From contig OZ076413.1 of NCBI GenBank assembly GCA_964187785.1, positions 50,222,001 through 50,286,000 of the forward strand: a stretch of DNA of 64,000 nucleotides. The letters are read 5' to 3'. Under the pieces are notes generated by a model, which did no database searches, was not told the origin of the DNA, and saw nothing but the letters and a program-made list of their open reading frames with translations. Every line of letters starts with the position of its first letter. Within the stretch, counting starts at the first letter, position 1. Made by a program: the position numbers and the translations under genes. Positions 24,144 to 38,451 of the stretch are shown one piece after another. Source of the stretch: Amphiscolops sp. MND2022. Its lineage: Eukaryota.

Positions 24144-27100
24144 ATGTCTGACCCCCTTCACGAAAAGGTCCAAAAGTTGTACGACAGTCGCGCGAAAGCC
24201 GAAGCCGACTTGAAAAGGTATCAAAACGACGTGACAGAAGCAGTAAACAATGCCGATAGACGCGTCCGCGTCGAATGGTTGGTCACTTCTTGCGAAGAGG
24301 CTATGACAAAAGCTTTCGCTAAGAACGAACAGCTACTCGAGCTTGCCAAGAAAACCAACGACCCGGCGACTGTCACAGCTGACTTAGAAAAATGGTTGAA
24401 CGTCACGAGCATACAAAATCATGAAATTTTGAGAAAGGCAAGGGAATATATCGATCAATGTCCCAAAACAGACAATTCCTCGCTAATTTCAGTCGAAGCT
24501 TCTACCAAAAGGACCAAGTCGAGCAAAGCTTCAAGCAGCAAAGTTTCAAAGAGTTCAAGTCAGCGACAACGAGATTTGCTTATTGCCAAACATTAGCGAG
24601 AAGAAATTGAAAGGCAAAACGAAGCTGCTTTTCGACTGGCTAAGCAAAAGCAGGAACTTGAACTTGAACAACTGCACGAAGAGAACCGCAAACGACTTGC
24701 ACAGGCGCATCTAGTTGAACTTGAACTTCAAGATGAAGCATCCGAAGCTAACGAAGATGCTTTTGAAACTGTTTCGCGGTTGAGTAAAACCACGGCCGCT
24801 AGCGAAAGGCGACGAGTTAGTGACTGGGTCAACAACTCGCCAAATGGTCCTGCAACTGATCAGGAGGCGGAAACAGTGATAACTGCAGGTCTTGCGACTT
24901 TGATCAACAACACAGCTGTTTCGATGCCATGCCAGCAACCTCCGATTAATATTTCTCAGCCGACGTTCGCACCAGCGGATTTGAACGAAACACACGTGGT
25001 AGTACAACCGCCAACAACTACCGCTCCATCACTGAATTTGAATAACGCTTCAGCCGTACAATTTCAGCCTCCTCCACTACCAGCGCAAAACCGTGCAAAT
25101 ACCGGACCATCGACATCAACTGTCATAAAAGAGCAACCTGTTCAACCGGCAATCAATCCGCACCAAGCTACTTGTTCTAATGTGCAACTTCTACCGCCAC
25201 AGTCGACTGCACGTTTGCCCACGTTCACAATGCCGGCGCACCACATCCTTCCTAACCTGTCCGCTTGGACCTTTCCGAACCCGACCGTAACCACTGCACC
25301 GATTGCAACAACAATTCCAACCACGGCACAACCGACGGCACCTACGTTCATGGCGTTATCTCACACGCCAACCTGTGCCGCTCCGACCGTACCAGTTACA
25401 GCTGGTGGAACTGTGTATTACGTATCACCGTCAACCGTTACTACGCCAATTGTGTACAGTACAGCAGCACAACAGACGACTTCGCGTAGTCCAACAGCTG
25501 CTACTTTTGTGCCAGCCGGAACGTCAACAACTATGCAACCAAGTACAACCGGATTGACGATACAAGTTCTTGCCCTGTTGTTAGCTTCAACGAAGAAAGA
25601 CCATTTGCCGGAGTGGAAACTAGCACAATATAACGGCGATCCATTTCAATGGTATGAATGGTTTGGCCAGTTCAAAAGTGCCATAGACTCAGCCCCACTC
25701 ACAGATGACGTCAAGTTAACGTACCTCAAGACTCTTGTTACAGGCAAAGCAAAGACTGCTATCGCTGAATTTGCTTACTGCGGAACGCTGTATAGAGACG
25801 CGCTAAAGACACTGGAACGGAAGTTTGGACAACCGCAGGCTGTTGTAACTGCTTATCTGGAAAAGTTGGCAAATTTTCCACCTGTGAAGATGCACAACAG
25901 TGAGAGCATCATCAGTTAATCAGCTACAATCTGTTCTCTAGTTGGAGTCTTCCGCTCTCTAAACTACGTCCAAGATCTGTCGAGCGCATCATTGCTTGGA
26001 CAAGCCGTTCAAAAGCTTCCGCCAAACATGAAAGAAGCATGGTCACTGCACATAGTGAGGCGAACTTTAGACAGACCGACACTCGTTGATTTCAATGACT
26101 GGCTCAAAGACAAAGCCGAAGCACATGAGCGTATGAAGTCTCTGCCGAACAAAGCGAAACCTGAAGAAAGTAACAACGTCGCCGTAACTAAGACCAAGAC
26201 TGCTTCTAAGGTTTTCGCCGCGACAACTAGTCAACAAAGTGCCAGCGCCAAAGCTAAGAATGACAAACCGCCCAACACTTGTGTCGCTTGTAAGGAAAAA
26301 CATCCTTTGTGGAGGTGTCCAGCATTTCGAGCAAAAACACCCACAGAGAGAGCAAAACTTGTAGCTGACAAAAATCTTTGCTTTTCATGCTTCAACCAGA
26401 ATCACACGTTTCGCCAGTGCCCGCAGCCCCGCAAGTGTACGAAAAATGGATGCGGGAGTTCACATAACACCTTCTTGCACTGAGTTGACAAAATTTTTGC
26501 CAGGAAAGTCACTAATCTGAACAAAGAGAAAACGGAAACATCTGGTTGTATCGGAACATCAAGGAAAAACGAAAGATCAGACGAGAGCTCAGGCATGCCT
26601 TCCGTTGCCGATGTTAAAGGCTTGTTACAAGTAACGGAAGTTGAACTTCATTCGAATGGCAAAGTGAAAAGGTCTTAGCACTATGTGATTCTGCATGTAG
26701 CCATTCCTGGATTTCAGCAAATCTGGCAACGAAGTTGAACGTTCATGACAACCCGACTAAACTTACTGTCCATGGCATAAATTCCAATCAAGTCGTAGAA
26801 ACGCAACTGGTGGAGCTTAAGTTGACGCCTGTTCAATCGGGTGGTTCTTGCTCTCCCTTTGTTGTCAAACCGTACGTCAGGGAAGAACTTAAGTCGGAAC
26901 TGATTCAATAGATGTTGAACTTCTGAAAACCGAGTACCCCCATTTGCAACCAATCTCTTTGAAAAAGTACAGCTACGCCGATGTTGAAATGATCCTAGGT
27001 CAGGATGTATTCCACTTGATCCGCCCGCTGGAGTATTTTGACTCCGACCGCAAAAATGCTCCCGTCGCCGTTCGTCTACCGTTGGGTTGGGTTTTGAGTG

Positions 27101-30100
27101 GACCGCTAACCTCGTGCTCAGGTCTCTATGCAACTTGTTTTAAAGCCGTTGCTTCTAACAAAGAATTGGACTCTGAACTGGCCGATCAACTCCGAAGCTG
27201 GTACGATATCGAATCATATGGAGCGTACAAGCAAGAAGATTCGCGTTCCGCTGACGATGCGAGAGCGCTGGAAATACATGAAGAAACGACTTACCACGAC
27301 GGTAACCGATACCATGTGAGAATGTTGTGGGCCGAAGCCGACAGTAGTTTGCCGAATAACTATTTTTCGGCGCTCGTGCAGCTAAAATCGTTGGAACGTC
27401 GCCTCGACAAAGATCCGCAATTGCAACAACTTTATGCCAAGACAATTCACGACGACTTAGACAAAGGGTACATCGTCAAAGTTAACAAAAGAGACTGTTT
27501 CAAAGTGGACCAACCCCGCGAGTGGTACCTATCACACCATCCAGTAGTGCATCCGCACAAACCCGGCAAGGTTCGCAGGGTGTTGAATGGCGCAGCAAAG
27601 TTTTAGGGTAAATCTTTGAACAACGCCCTGTTAACCGGACCAGATTTGCTTCAAAGCTTGATACACATACTATCCGATTTCGTCAACACAAGTACGCCGT
27701 CTCTGCCGACATAGAAGGTATGTTTCTTCAAGTAGGAGTCATACCAAAGCATCAACCTTCACTTCGTTTTCTGTGGCGGGAAGACCCAGCTTGAGAAATA
27801 GCTGTCTACCAATACGTCCGGCACATCTTTGGATCCAAGGACTCGCCAACATGTGCAAACTACGCGCTGAAGCGCACTGGTAGCGATAACCAAGACACTT
27901 TCCCCGAAGCAGCGAAAAGCGTTCATCGCAATTATTACATGGACGACTACTTGGAGTCAAGTCCCACAGTCGAAGAAGCCAGCAATAAAGCGAAGGACTT
28001 GGTCACAATGCTAGCAAAAGGTGGCTTCAATTTAACATTGAACACCTTCCAGCCGAACTGCAACAGCCGATGCGAAGGTGATTCCGAAATCGGACGAGTC
28101 CTCACATGTCTTGGGACTTAAGTGGAATCATGCCTCTGATACCCTCATAGTGAGTCGGGGAACGAGCCCTGATACCAACAAAACAATTACTCAGCGAGTG
28201 GTACTGAGTTTAGTCTCGGCCGTTTACGATCCGATTGGACTCGTTGCACCGTATATGGTCCAATCAAGACTCTTGTTGAAAGACATCTGGAGATTAGGTG
28301 GTCAACAGTGGGATGACGATCTGCCGGACAAAATCGTAACCAAGTTCAACGAATGGAGCAAAGAGTTGCCAACTTTAAGCGAAATTCAAATCCCACGGAG
28401 CTACTTTGAAGAGCGAGTTGATTCTTTAGTGCTTCATATGTTCGGCGATAGCTCTCAAGATTTCTTCAGTGCCGTCGCCTTACTACGAGGAAAAGTTGCC
28501 ACCACGACAGGTCACACCAGTGAGTTAGCTTTCGTCTTCGGTAAAGCCAGAGTGGCACCCATGAAAGCCCTAACGATCCCGAAGCTCGAACTTCAAGACT
28601 CGTTGCTTGCTGCACGACTCCGAAAAGAAATTGAAAATGCTCTAACGGTCAAAATTGACAACACTTTAATGTGGACGGAGAGTACGACGGTCCCTCAGTG
28701 GCTCCATTCATTGGAAAAGCAACTGGTGTTTGTCACCAACCGTGTTGCCGAAATCCTGGAACTAACAACAGTGGATGAATGGAATTACGTCAAGTCATGT
28801 GACAACCCCGCTGATGCAGGAACACGGGGTCTCTCAGCAAATTCGCTTCGTGAAAGTCCTTGGCTCAAAGGTCCTTCATTCTTGCGAACACATGACAGGC
28901 CGTTCAAACCACCAAAAGAAGTTGAGATCAAATTGAAAGCGAAAAAGCCAGACACTCCCAATTCGGAAGAAACCTCGGAGTTCGAGACAGCTCTAAGCGC
29001 AACGGTGATTGGCATGGCGACAACTTTCGAGTGGCAGAAGTACAGCTCGTACGATGAACTTCTGCGCGTTGTTGCTTAGGTTTTGCGACTACTGCCGAAA
29101 AACACATTTTATTAATTCCGACTCTGGTTTAATAACTGACCCGAGCGAATTGCAAAATGCTCAAATGAGACTTTTCTATCTCATCCAACAAGAGTAATTT
29201 TCCGTCGAAATGAAGTGTTTGCTGAAACTATCTCCGTCAGCAACTCTTCCAAACTTTCCCAATTCTCCCCTTTTATTGGGCCTCAAGGCCTACTGCGAGC
29301 AACCGGCAGGACCAAACAACTAACAGTTTCCACATTCGACGCAAAACACCCAATTTTACCGGACAGCTGTCACCCCGCTGTACGTTTGAATTTAGAACAG
29401 CTCCACGAGACGTATTGCCATCAGGGTGTTGACTACTTGAGGGCGTTGGTACAGCAACAGTTCGCCATCGTCAAGCTTAGAACCGCCCTGAGGTCAATTG
29501 TTTCCAAATGTGTCACTTGCCGCAAACGTCGACCGGAAACCCTCAACCCGATAATGTCAGACCTCCCCCGAGAAAGACTGGCTTTTAAAGAGCGTCCATT
29601 TACGAACAACGGAATCGATTGTTTTGGCCCGTTTTACGTAGCTGTGAAAAGATCAACCGAAAAACAATGGGGATTCCTGTTCACTTGCTTAACTTGCTTA
29701 ACTACCAGAGCTGTCCATTTTGAAGTTGTTCCGTCAATGGACACTAGTAGCTGTGTCATGAGAATCGAAAGATTTGCTGCCCGTCGGGGCATCCCATCAG
29801 TTTTGTGGTCTGACAACGGAACCAACTTCATCGCCAGGGAAAAGGAGTTGCTACAAAACGTGTCAGCGTGGAATCAACAGATTCTGTCTGAAGCTTTGGT
29901 GAAAAAACGAATCCACTGGAAATTCATTCCTCCCAGTGCTCCTCACCACGGAGGTGTCTAGGAACGAATTGTCAGAAGCTTCAAACACGTCTTTTACGCA
30001 ATCCTTGGAAACCGTCGCCTAACTGACGAGATACTAACAACTACCTTTTGTCTAGTAGAGCAGAGTCTCAATGCTCGTCCACTGGTACCCGTTAGCTCCG

Positions 30101-30516
30101 ACGCTACAGATTTGGACGCCTTGACTCCAAATCATTTCCTATTGGGAACCGCGAGTTCCACACTGCCATCACACCAAAGAGCCGTCGTAGACCACAGGAA
30201 ACGCTACGCGCGAGCGCAAGCGTACTCAGATGCAATTTGGGACCGTTGGTTAAGAGATTACGTTCCGTCGCTTAACCGCCGTACAAAGTGGTCTGCCCAA
30301 TCAGATCGAGACCTGAAGACCAGAGATCTTGTCTGGATCGTTGAGCCCACGACTCCACGAGGACATTACCCACTTGCACGTGTGGTTAAGTTGAACTACG
30401 GACCCGACTCAGTCGCCCGCTCTGCAGAACTGAAGACAACAACAGGAAACCTGGTTCGACCCATCGTCAAACTTGCACCCGTTCTTCCGCCTTCTGTTTC
30501 TCCCGATAGTCAATAA
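24144..30516 (+). pseudogene. BEL/Pao gag-pol polyprotein with multiple stops/frameshifts
   Basis: LAQYNGDPFQWYEWFGQF (BEL gag), three Cys/His knuckles, ALCDSAC protease, NYMDD RT, TIPKLEL and NPADAGTRG (Pao RNase H region), GIDCFGP and WSDNGTNF integrase. Confidence 0.95.
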
Positions 30517-30709
30517 GCTTAAATACTTCGTTTTTTGTTTGTCTCGTAACCCTACTTATCAATAATACGATGTAACATGTAAATTTACCGAAAAATTTTT
30601 ATGTAAAAAATTTACCGAAAATTCATGTAAGCTGTGCTTCAAAAAAGGCTTTAGTTTCTTTTTTTATTTTTTCTAACGTTTCGTTTCACATCTTCTTGGG
30701 CCCGGAGGA

Positions 30710-30936
30710 TGTAGCGTAACAAATAAAATCTGAAAGAAAAGCATGAGTCAGTTTTTTGATGTAGTGAAACAAACAAAAGTCGCTTTGTAAAATCTTTCCC
30801 GCAAAACTGAGAATTGGTGAATGGATTCTGCCAAACAATACAAAAAAGGGTTTGCTATCTCGAAACTAAATACATACAATATTGACTGCTCTCTTTCTTG
30901 TTACGAACTGTATTAACCGAATTTACAGTTTCTTTA
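30710..30936 (+). repeat. BEL/Pao 3' LTR
   Basis: Direct repeat of 22401-22627, preceded by the PPT at 30698-30709. Confidence 0.95.
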
Positions 30937-31124
30937 GATTTTCATTTGATCCATTCGATACGATAGTTTTGTAATAGAACGGCTTAATCAAAAACTTATT
31001 GTAGTATTACTGTTTTTTAGTCAGCGCTTTTCGTAGAAAACGCAGACTATAGCACTGGCTTTTTTTCAAGACTAACGACGTGACAGATTAACTGCCACAC
31101 TAAGCGTGTAACTGAACTTCTACT

Positions 31125-31486
31125 GCCACTTGGCATAGAGGTTAATTATAAGTTCTTGAGGTCTGCCAAACAGAAGGACGTGGGTTTGAGTCTCTCCCTT
31201 GACATATTTTTTGTGCACGCTTTTTCGGCTTTGTGAATCTTTTTTCGCAAACTTTTCTAATGTCTCCAAGGGGTCCCTTCAATTTTTTATATTTTGCAAC
31301 AGAATGGACGTTCAAAAAATCCCAAAGGGTCCCCCTTCACACTTATCGGCACTATGCGACGTACCGAAGACTTGAAAATTTTTTTTCCTCATTCGGGTAC
31401 TGTAGCAGATAATACTTGACAGTTTGAAGTCTTTGCTACTTTTGACTCTTAGATATGGCGCCGACTTGGGCCGTTCCCGGCTTGTT
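31125..31486 (+). mobile_element. Short interspersed repeat (tRNA-like head, 3' hairpin); SINE- or Helentron/DINE-like
   Basis: Degenerate A-box TGGCATAGAGG (31131) and B-box GGTTTGAGTCT (31183). 3' end GGCGCCGACTTGGGCCGTTCCCGGCTTGTT. Related motifs occur near 660-780 (GGCACTRTGCGAC) and 52659 (GGCGCCGACTT). Confidence 0.35.
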
Positions 31487-31844
31487 AACCTTAAGCATAG
31501 AATAGAACAGTTACTGCCCATTGTTGGCCCGAGGATTAGAGTGCGAGGACTTGAAGCAGGAATACGTGGGCTCGAATCTTGGTCCGTGTCGATTTAGTAT
31601 GATGTTTCAGAACTGATTTGTACCGTAGTGACTAGGACCGGTTTCTGAAATAACGTATACAGCGAAAACGAAACGCGTGATCAAATTATTTCAAATCTTG
31701 CCAGAAAATGATAGGTTTCGAAACTAATTGGTTTAGAACTACTTTTTAATTTTTTTCAAATTGAACTAAAGGGAAACAGATATCTGATATATCATACATA
31801 ACTGTTCAAGAAAGAAGGACAATTTTTTTGGGTTCAAACCTAGG

Positions 31845-33981
31845 TGTAAGGACTACTGTCCCTGGGGAGTCTCAAGTCACAAGCAGACCGTGAGTCCTTC
31901 TTCGTAATTTTAGTTTTAAACCCACTGTTCCTTTCAGTATTCTCCTGACTATGAGGGGACAACCTGGCCTCAGTGTCCCGATTCCCTAAGGATGGCATTG
32001 AACTGACCATGTTCTGAATCTCTGGAATTACTCTTTCAGCTATAGCAGTGTTGATTGCTCTATTTATTTGGCTGTGCATCATGGACATCATTGAGTCCAT
32101 TTCCTGCGAAAGTCTCATGTTAAACTCACTGGTAAAAGTTTCCATTGTCTCCTGAAACCTATCCTGCCTAGGGATCATGTTTTCATGGAGGAAGTGTCCG
32201 AAGTCATTTTGATGAGAGTCATTTTCTCTAGACTGTAATTTTCACTAGACTCAGCGTCACAATGATTTTCTGAGTTTCCATTTACTTTTGAAAGTTCTCG
32301 CTCAATAGCATTGGCGTTATCATTTCCAAGCATAACCTCTATATTTTCAAAATCGGACATCATGTCCATTTCCTTTGACTTTCTATCTTTCGCTTTCTGC
32401 TTTCTTGTGGAAGGCATAAGAGGCTATTGCAAGAGGTAAGATTTGAATTGTCCCAGGCTTGCAAACAAAAAGTAACAAGTATTTGATAGGTTGCAACAAA
32501 AGAGTATTACAAAATTGAGTCCCCCGGTCCACGAGTCCCGGGTATATATAGTATGAGTTGCATGACTATCGAAAAGTTCGTGGTCCTGATTCCCAAAAAT
32601 GGATTAACCGTTGCTGAAAATAGCTCCGTCTATTTTTAGATCAGGTTACGTCAAAACTTTAAAAATGATGTTCGCCGACAATGGCGGGTAAAATAACAAA
32701 GTGACAACAAGAGAATATTACATATAAGCAAAAAGTACTAGCAACGTTACATGCGTAGTACTTTTACAAATCATGCATATGCAAAATTGAGTGTACTGGA
32801 AATGAGACTAGAGGGGGAAAGGACAGTGAGTCCGACCTAATGTTAAACGGGTACATTCCTGTAATGTTTACATTTATCATGGGTAACGGTTTACAACAGG
32901 CCATAAGGGCCATATTCAAGTATTAGCACAACGCTTTCATATTATTAGTTTGATTTGGATCGGTGGTCCCATAGCTGTAAAGCATCGCTTTGATTAGTTG
33001 AATGGCCGAGTACGGTTTTCATATAAATGCACAATTAGCACAGTAGTAGAGATGCTCAATTCTCGTTGAATAAAATCCACTTTGGACTCGCTGTCCAAGG
33101 CGACAGGCAAATAAACATTTGAACACGTTTTCTTTGCCTGTACGCTTTGGTGTCCAATTACAAAAATAGGCCCCTCCGGGGCTCAGTACTATTTCTGCTT
33201 TAATCTTTATTTTTTTTAAACAAAAAATATTAATAAAAGAATCATATCTGTAATACCAATACACTCTTGTTTAATCATTATTTAGCGCACAATTACATGT
33301 AATCACTGTACAAGTTTACACCGCCTTTAATTTTTCTCGGACTAAAGAAGATATAACTACTAAGCGTAGACGAAGTTTCGCATTCGCATTTGAATGCAGG
33401 CGAAGCTCTCAACGAACGAATAATTAACACTCATTCGCTTCATCTCAATAACTCGGGGCAACGAAAGCACAATAACGAACATTCGCTCACTTCATCTCAA
33501 TGACGTCAGCATACGAATGGATAAGTACCACTCGCTCGTTTCTTCGCACTAGAATTGATTTTAAATCTCTCGCTTACACTCACTGCCGAACAAAATATCT
33601 GAATTATTCAGATCGTCCGAAAAATTGTTCTGAAAAAAAATAAGTAGACGTTTCCAGATTTCAATAATATTCCTGCTAAAGCAGAAATATTAAATATTGC
33701 ATCGTTTATTCAAATGTGAAATTATATTAAAGTGATTGCCTGTTTCAACAGTATAAATAGGCTAAACTACATGAAGGTTATACCTTCATAGCTCCGAATA
33801 TTAATGCTAAATATTGGCAACAATAAAATAATGACAGGATAGAAAATGAGTTTTAGTTTCCTATTGTCTTTTGGACAGCGTGTCCTTTTCCCTCAATCGA
33901 AGGGGATCGTTCCAGGGAGAGTGTTGTAGTGGTTGTAGGCAATTGAATACTAGTTGCCATCGCAGGCGAGCGCCTGCGACA
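31845..33981 (-). mobile_element. Probable solo LTR (~2.1 kb) containing a Gag-like N-terminal coding segment
   Basis: TG...CA ends flanked by CTAGG on both sides (31840-31844, 33982-33986). Contains MPSTRKQKAK... (32417 to 31845, one frameshift). Shares the CCAAGGCGACAGGC...TGGTGTCCAATTA block with the LTRs at 54.2-55.2 and 58.9-59.9 kb. Confidence 0.7.
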
Positions 33982-34483
33982 CTAGGTAAAACCGATTTTT
34001 TAAAATCTCCGATGTAGAGTTGGTGAAAATGTTCCCACATGAAGTCGAGAAGTATTTCCTTTAGGTCCAATGGTTCGAAGAATGCAACTCTTTTGTTTAA
34101 CAATTCTTAACACTATACGAAAAATATAACTGTGCCACAACGCTTCTTGATACAAAAACTTTTTTCTGTCACAAAGAGTTGGAAGCATACCCCGTGATTG
34201 AGCCATTTTTGGAATTTTGACAAAATTAATAGTAGCAAAAGCATTAATTTTACAGGACGGCTCGTCACTCTTCTTTCATACACTCCTCAAATATTCTCCA
34301 ACTGTCAATATTTTACAAATTATATTCTGTTACCAAAGGTAACTTCGATTTCATGCAATTTACGTTTGAGCGACAAAAATTACACCTTTTTAGTTGGTGT
34401 ATTGCTCATATGCTTTTTCTGCAATCAACCGGACAATAGACTGAATCATATTTCTGGAACATTCTGGAACCATGCATGCCCAG

Positions 34484-34826
34484 CAGAGTTTCGACATCGC
34501 TAATCGCTAAACCGCTAATTTCAAAATCGCTATTTCGCTGAAAAACTTTTTTTTCGAACTATTAAATGTTTGAATTCAAGTATGGTTCAAAATTCAATCA
34601 TAGCTTAATTCAATTTTTGCAAGAAAAATACTAGAATTTCTCATTCTGTGTGAGTTTTACAAGTGTAAGAGTTGAAATTTTTGGAAATTCGTTTTGAAAC
34701 TTCGTGTATTTTCCGAAGAAATTTCGAAATTGGACTATCTATTAGTTGATTCGCTAATAAAATCTCTGAAAAATTCTGCGCGGCCGCAAATTCGCTAAAT
34801 CGCTGCTTAGCGGTGTCAAAACTCGG
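34484..34826. mobile_element. hAT-like MITE
   Basis: Imperfect 20-bp TIRs CAGAGTTTCGACATCGCTAA / TTAGCGGTGTCAAAACTCGG, subterminal CGCTA repeats, 8-bp TSD ATGCCCAG/ATGCCAAG. Confidence 0.75.
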
Positions 34827-35232
34827 ATGCCAAGTCTATGATTTTCCTGAAAACCATACATATTCATCCTCCTGTGTTTGTTCTGACAGACTATGACTAG
34901 GGAGTGTGTTGGAACGCGGGTATTCATTGTTGGGTGGGGGAAGGTGATTATCGTCATGTCTCGTTAAATAAGATCAAAGATGTCAAATTTTAAATAGTAC
35001 TTGATATAGTCTTTTTCTATTCAGGCAGTGAAGTAGTATTATTCAGGGTTGACTCACGCTTTTCATTCATACTTTTTATTCCTTTTTGTTCAATTTTTCA
35101 TGTTTGCCGCACATTTCTTGTTACATCATTGTGCAGATGTCACTCAACCAAGACAGTTGAGCATAAAAAATTTGAACCAAGATTGATCCAAGTTTGAAAT
35201 CAAGCGCGAGTAGTCTTCGACAGTTTCTAAAA

Positions 35233-35319
35233 ATGGAACTGAAAACTTTGGTAGCATTATATCTGGCTCTCGTTGCTCTAACGATAGCATCGAACGATGA
35301 CGTTGACTTCGAAAACGTG
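35233..35319 (+). CDS. Putative signal-peptide first exon of a host gene
   Basis: ATG-started MELKTLVALYLALVALTIASNDDVDFENV followed by donor GTAAAT. Confidence 0.5.
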
Positions 35320-37315
35320 GTAAATTAAATTAAATTAAATTTCATCTTCAGCTGAAGATTCAGCAGAAATAAGTTTTACGTTTCAATGAAAGCATGATAA
35401 TTTTATGAACATGAAAATTGTAGGAACGCCCATGAAAAATTTGAGCCATGTACTGAGGTCAACTCAACCTCCCAGGTTTTCGATCTTTGCGAATCTGTGC
35501 AGATCTGCAGGATTTTTGCAGATCTTTGCAGATATGTGCAGATCTGCAGAATTTTTGCAGATCTTTGCAGGTATGTGCAGATTCGAAAAAAACTGGCGTA
35601 CTCAGAATCACAATAAACACCCCACAGCGATGTCAAACGAATAATAAAAATGTTTAAAAGTGGAGAGAAGTCTCATTTATGTCAAAATGTTGAAACATTT
35701 TTCTGTAGCAATCTGTAAAGATCTGTAGAGATTACAGATCTTTACAGATCTTTACAGAGCCAAACAATGAGCAAATAAATTACTATAACGCATTCCGAGT
35801 TACCAGCAATTACTAAAAATACTCCAGCAAACTATGTTGCGGAAATATTATAACAACAACACTTTATCAACATATCGACCAACCCAGAAGGTTGCCACAT
35901 GTCAAATTTTATTTGCCAAAACGAAGTCAATATGGCAAACGAGCCTCTCAAAGTTGAACAGCCGCTTCTGGAAAGTTCGAGTGAAATACATAAATTAGTG
36001 TATGGCATCTACCAAATATTTCCCAGACACCAAAATTACCGTGATGGGGACAATATTTCCTTCTCTTGAATTTTGGATGATGGAGAGTTTCTACTGACTG
36101 ACCTTAGGTCAGCTAAAATACTCGATAAAGTAGTTAAAGAAGTCCAAAAATGCAGTATATTTGTTCCTTAAAAGCTGCAGATAAACATGTTTCTGCAAAA
36201 ATCTTTAAAGAAAATCTGCACACTTCTGTAAAGATCTTGCAGATCTGTATGGATCTTCATGATTCAGTGCAACGATCTTTGCAGAACTCTGCAGAAAAAA
36301 TCCTGCAGATCTGCACAGATTCGCAACCTGGGTCGACCCTCCATGGATATCTTAGTAAGATCTTGGCAAGATCTTGCCAAGATCTTGGAAAAATCTTAGC
36401 TAAGATCGTGACAAGATATTGCCAAGAATTGCAAGATGCCATGGTAAGATCTTATCAAGAGAGCCATGTTTCCAAGAAAAATCTTACTAAGAAGCCCAAT
36501 ATGGCAAGAAAAATCTTACTAAGAAGCCCAATGTGGCAAGAAAAATCTAACTAAGAAGCCTAATATGGCAAGAAAAAAATTGCTACGAACTGCTCGATAT
36601 CGAGAAAAAGTTGAATCAGAAAACCATTAAATTAAGAGTTATGGAAAAATAATCTAGACATCACTCAAAACAAAATTATTGAATAATTTTTTACAACCAT
36701 TTCGATATCGATATTGTTCTTTCAATTGCAAAACTATCGCCAACAACGGCGTCAGAAAAGCCTTGAGCTGGATCATTACCCAAATTAGAGCAATGACCGC
36801 CGTTTCTAGCAGTAATAAGGCTGCTACAACAGGCTCAACGAAAGTTGGAAATATGATTTTTACAAAAATTTCAGGATTTTAAGGTCTTTCCTTTGTAACT
36901 TTCCGATAGTGGGTCTGGAGGTTTGAGAGCATATTTCTCCGCTTCTGGAATCGACAGGAGTGATAAATTACAAGTTTTGGAAAGCCCTTGAAATGACCTT
37001 TCATTTGGTACATTCGCATTTCTCAGTCTTAAACAGGTGAGGCCTTATTAGGATTCTCGTCAAAATTTCGGAAGCCAGAATACGTTATCGTAATTTTTCA
37101 CGCATTTTTGCATGCAAAATTGTTTCAGCAGGGTTAAGCATTTTGATTATGAAAATGAGTAGAAATAGTCGTTGTTGGGTGAAATGAGCTTTTAGATTGA
37201 GTCTCGGCTGCTTGTACCGAAGGTATAGTGTTTTTTTGTAATCTTAAAATTTTGTCCATCGTGATACGATCTTGGAATAAGTATCATCTTAGTAAGATCT
37301 TAATAAGAATCTTGC

Positions 37316-38437
37316 TGTCGGAACGACTGTTAGCACTTGTAGTTGCTATGTTCGGTCTGTTCCCTTCTCCGTTAATGGAGGCAATCTGGTTTGTTAAGGT
37401 AAGGACTATACTTGTAAGGTCTCCAATTTGTCTATTTAACTCATTAAAACGTTGATCGACACTATTGTTATGATTACCATGATGTCTGGTTAATACATCT
37501 TCGGAATCGAGATTCTCAATTTGGTCTCTGGATAACACATCTGGGAAACTAGCATCGCTTTCACTGTCACTAGATCTATCCATATTTTGCGTTTCTATTT
37601 GCCTGTCACGATTACTTTGAGATCTGGTAGTTACCATGAAAAGCCAAAAGGTTTTAAGTTAAGTTTGAAATGGTATAATGGTATGAATCGGAATGATGAT
37701 AGGAAGATACGGTAGTAAGCAACTTATCTCGTCAAAAGTTACAATTCGTGTGTGTTGTTCGGTTTTACCCGATAGTACAATTATGGAAGTGTGTTAGCAC
37801 CTTTCCTCTTAGCCAATGGCGTTCAACCTGCTAATTGCACTTGACGACTGGTAGCCACAGTCGTTGCAGGTGATAATCGATGCTCAATTACGTATGTTTG
37901 ATCTAGTATGACCGCAAGCACCAGTCATCTTAGCACGTAATTATTTCAAATTATCTCATATTGAGGCTTTACTACTGAGTGTTCTTATCATCGTGGTGAC
38001 TGCTCTAATTACCGTTTGAAGTAATTTACTAATGGATATTGCACGAATTACTGATATAAATGAACGAAATGTTGTGGTTTAAGTGAATGGATTGTTATGA
38101 CTATGAATGATTGATTGTTCTGGTAGTACGTTACATGTAATATAAAAAATGGATAAAGAATGGTTAAACGATGCACTATCACTGTGGATGATGACTGATT
38201 GTTTCAGTCGTAAATATGGAAATAACTGGATATTTCAGTTTTAGCTTTTAAACGATGCACCATAACATGAATGAATTTAGTTTTGATGACTGCTAGTTTC
38301 AGTTGTCATATAGCCAACTGTAATGTTTAGCTAATAAATTACTGCAATGTATTTACATGATCTGTATTTTAGGGAGTTTGATGTAAGGATTAATGTTTTA
38401 GAGTTTATTCCATTTCTTCTTGATGGCGGGCATGACA
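37316..38437 (-). repeat. 3' LTR (contains a copy of the first ~107 gag codons)
   Basis: Direct repeat of 50781-51908. ORF 37284..37637 matches the gag N-terminus up to SANSRSD. Confidence 0.95.
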
Positions 38438-38451
38438 TTCCCCCCCTTTTT
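38438..38451 (-). promoter_or_regulatory. Polypurine tract
   Basis: Minus-strand AAAAAGGGGGGGAA directly precedes the TG of the 3' LTR. Confidence 0.9.

Larger units (their letters stand above)
22401..30936 (+). mobile_element. BEL/Pao LTR retrotransposon, full length, decayed
   Basis: 227-bp LTRs (TG...TA), 5-bp TSD GATTT (22396-22400, 30937-30941), TGG-starting PBS, GGGCCCGGAGGA PPT and BEL-type gag-pol. Confidence 0.95.

Noticed and set aside
31520..31590. tRNA-like A/B boxes as a tRNA gene
   Set aside because: The boxes are degenerate and no cloverleaf could be drawn; at most a SINE remnant.
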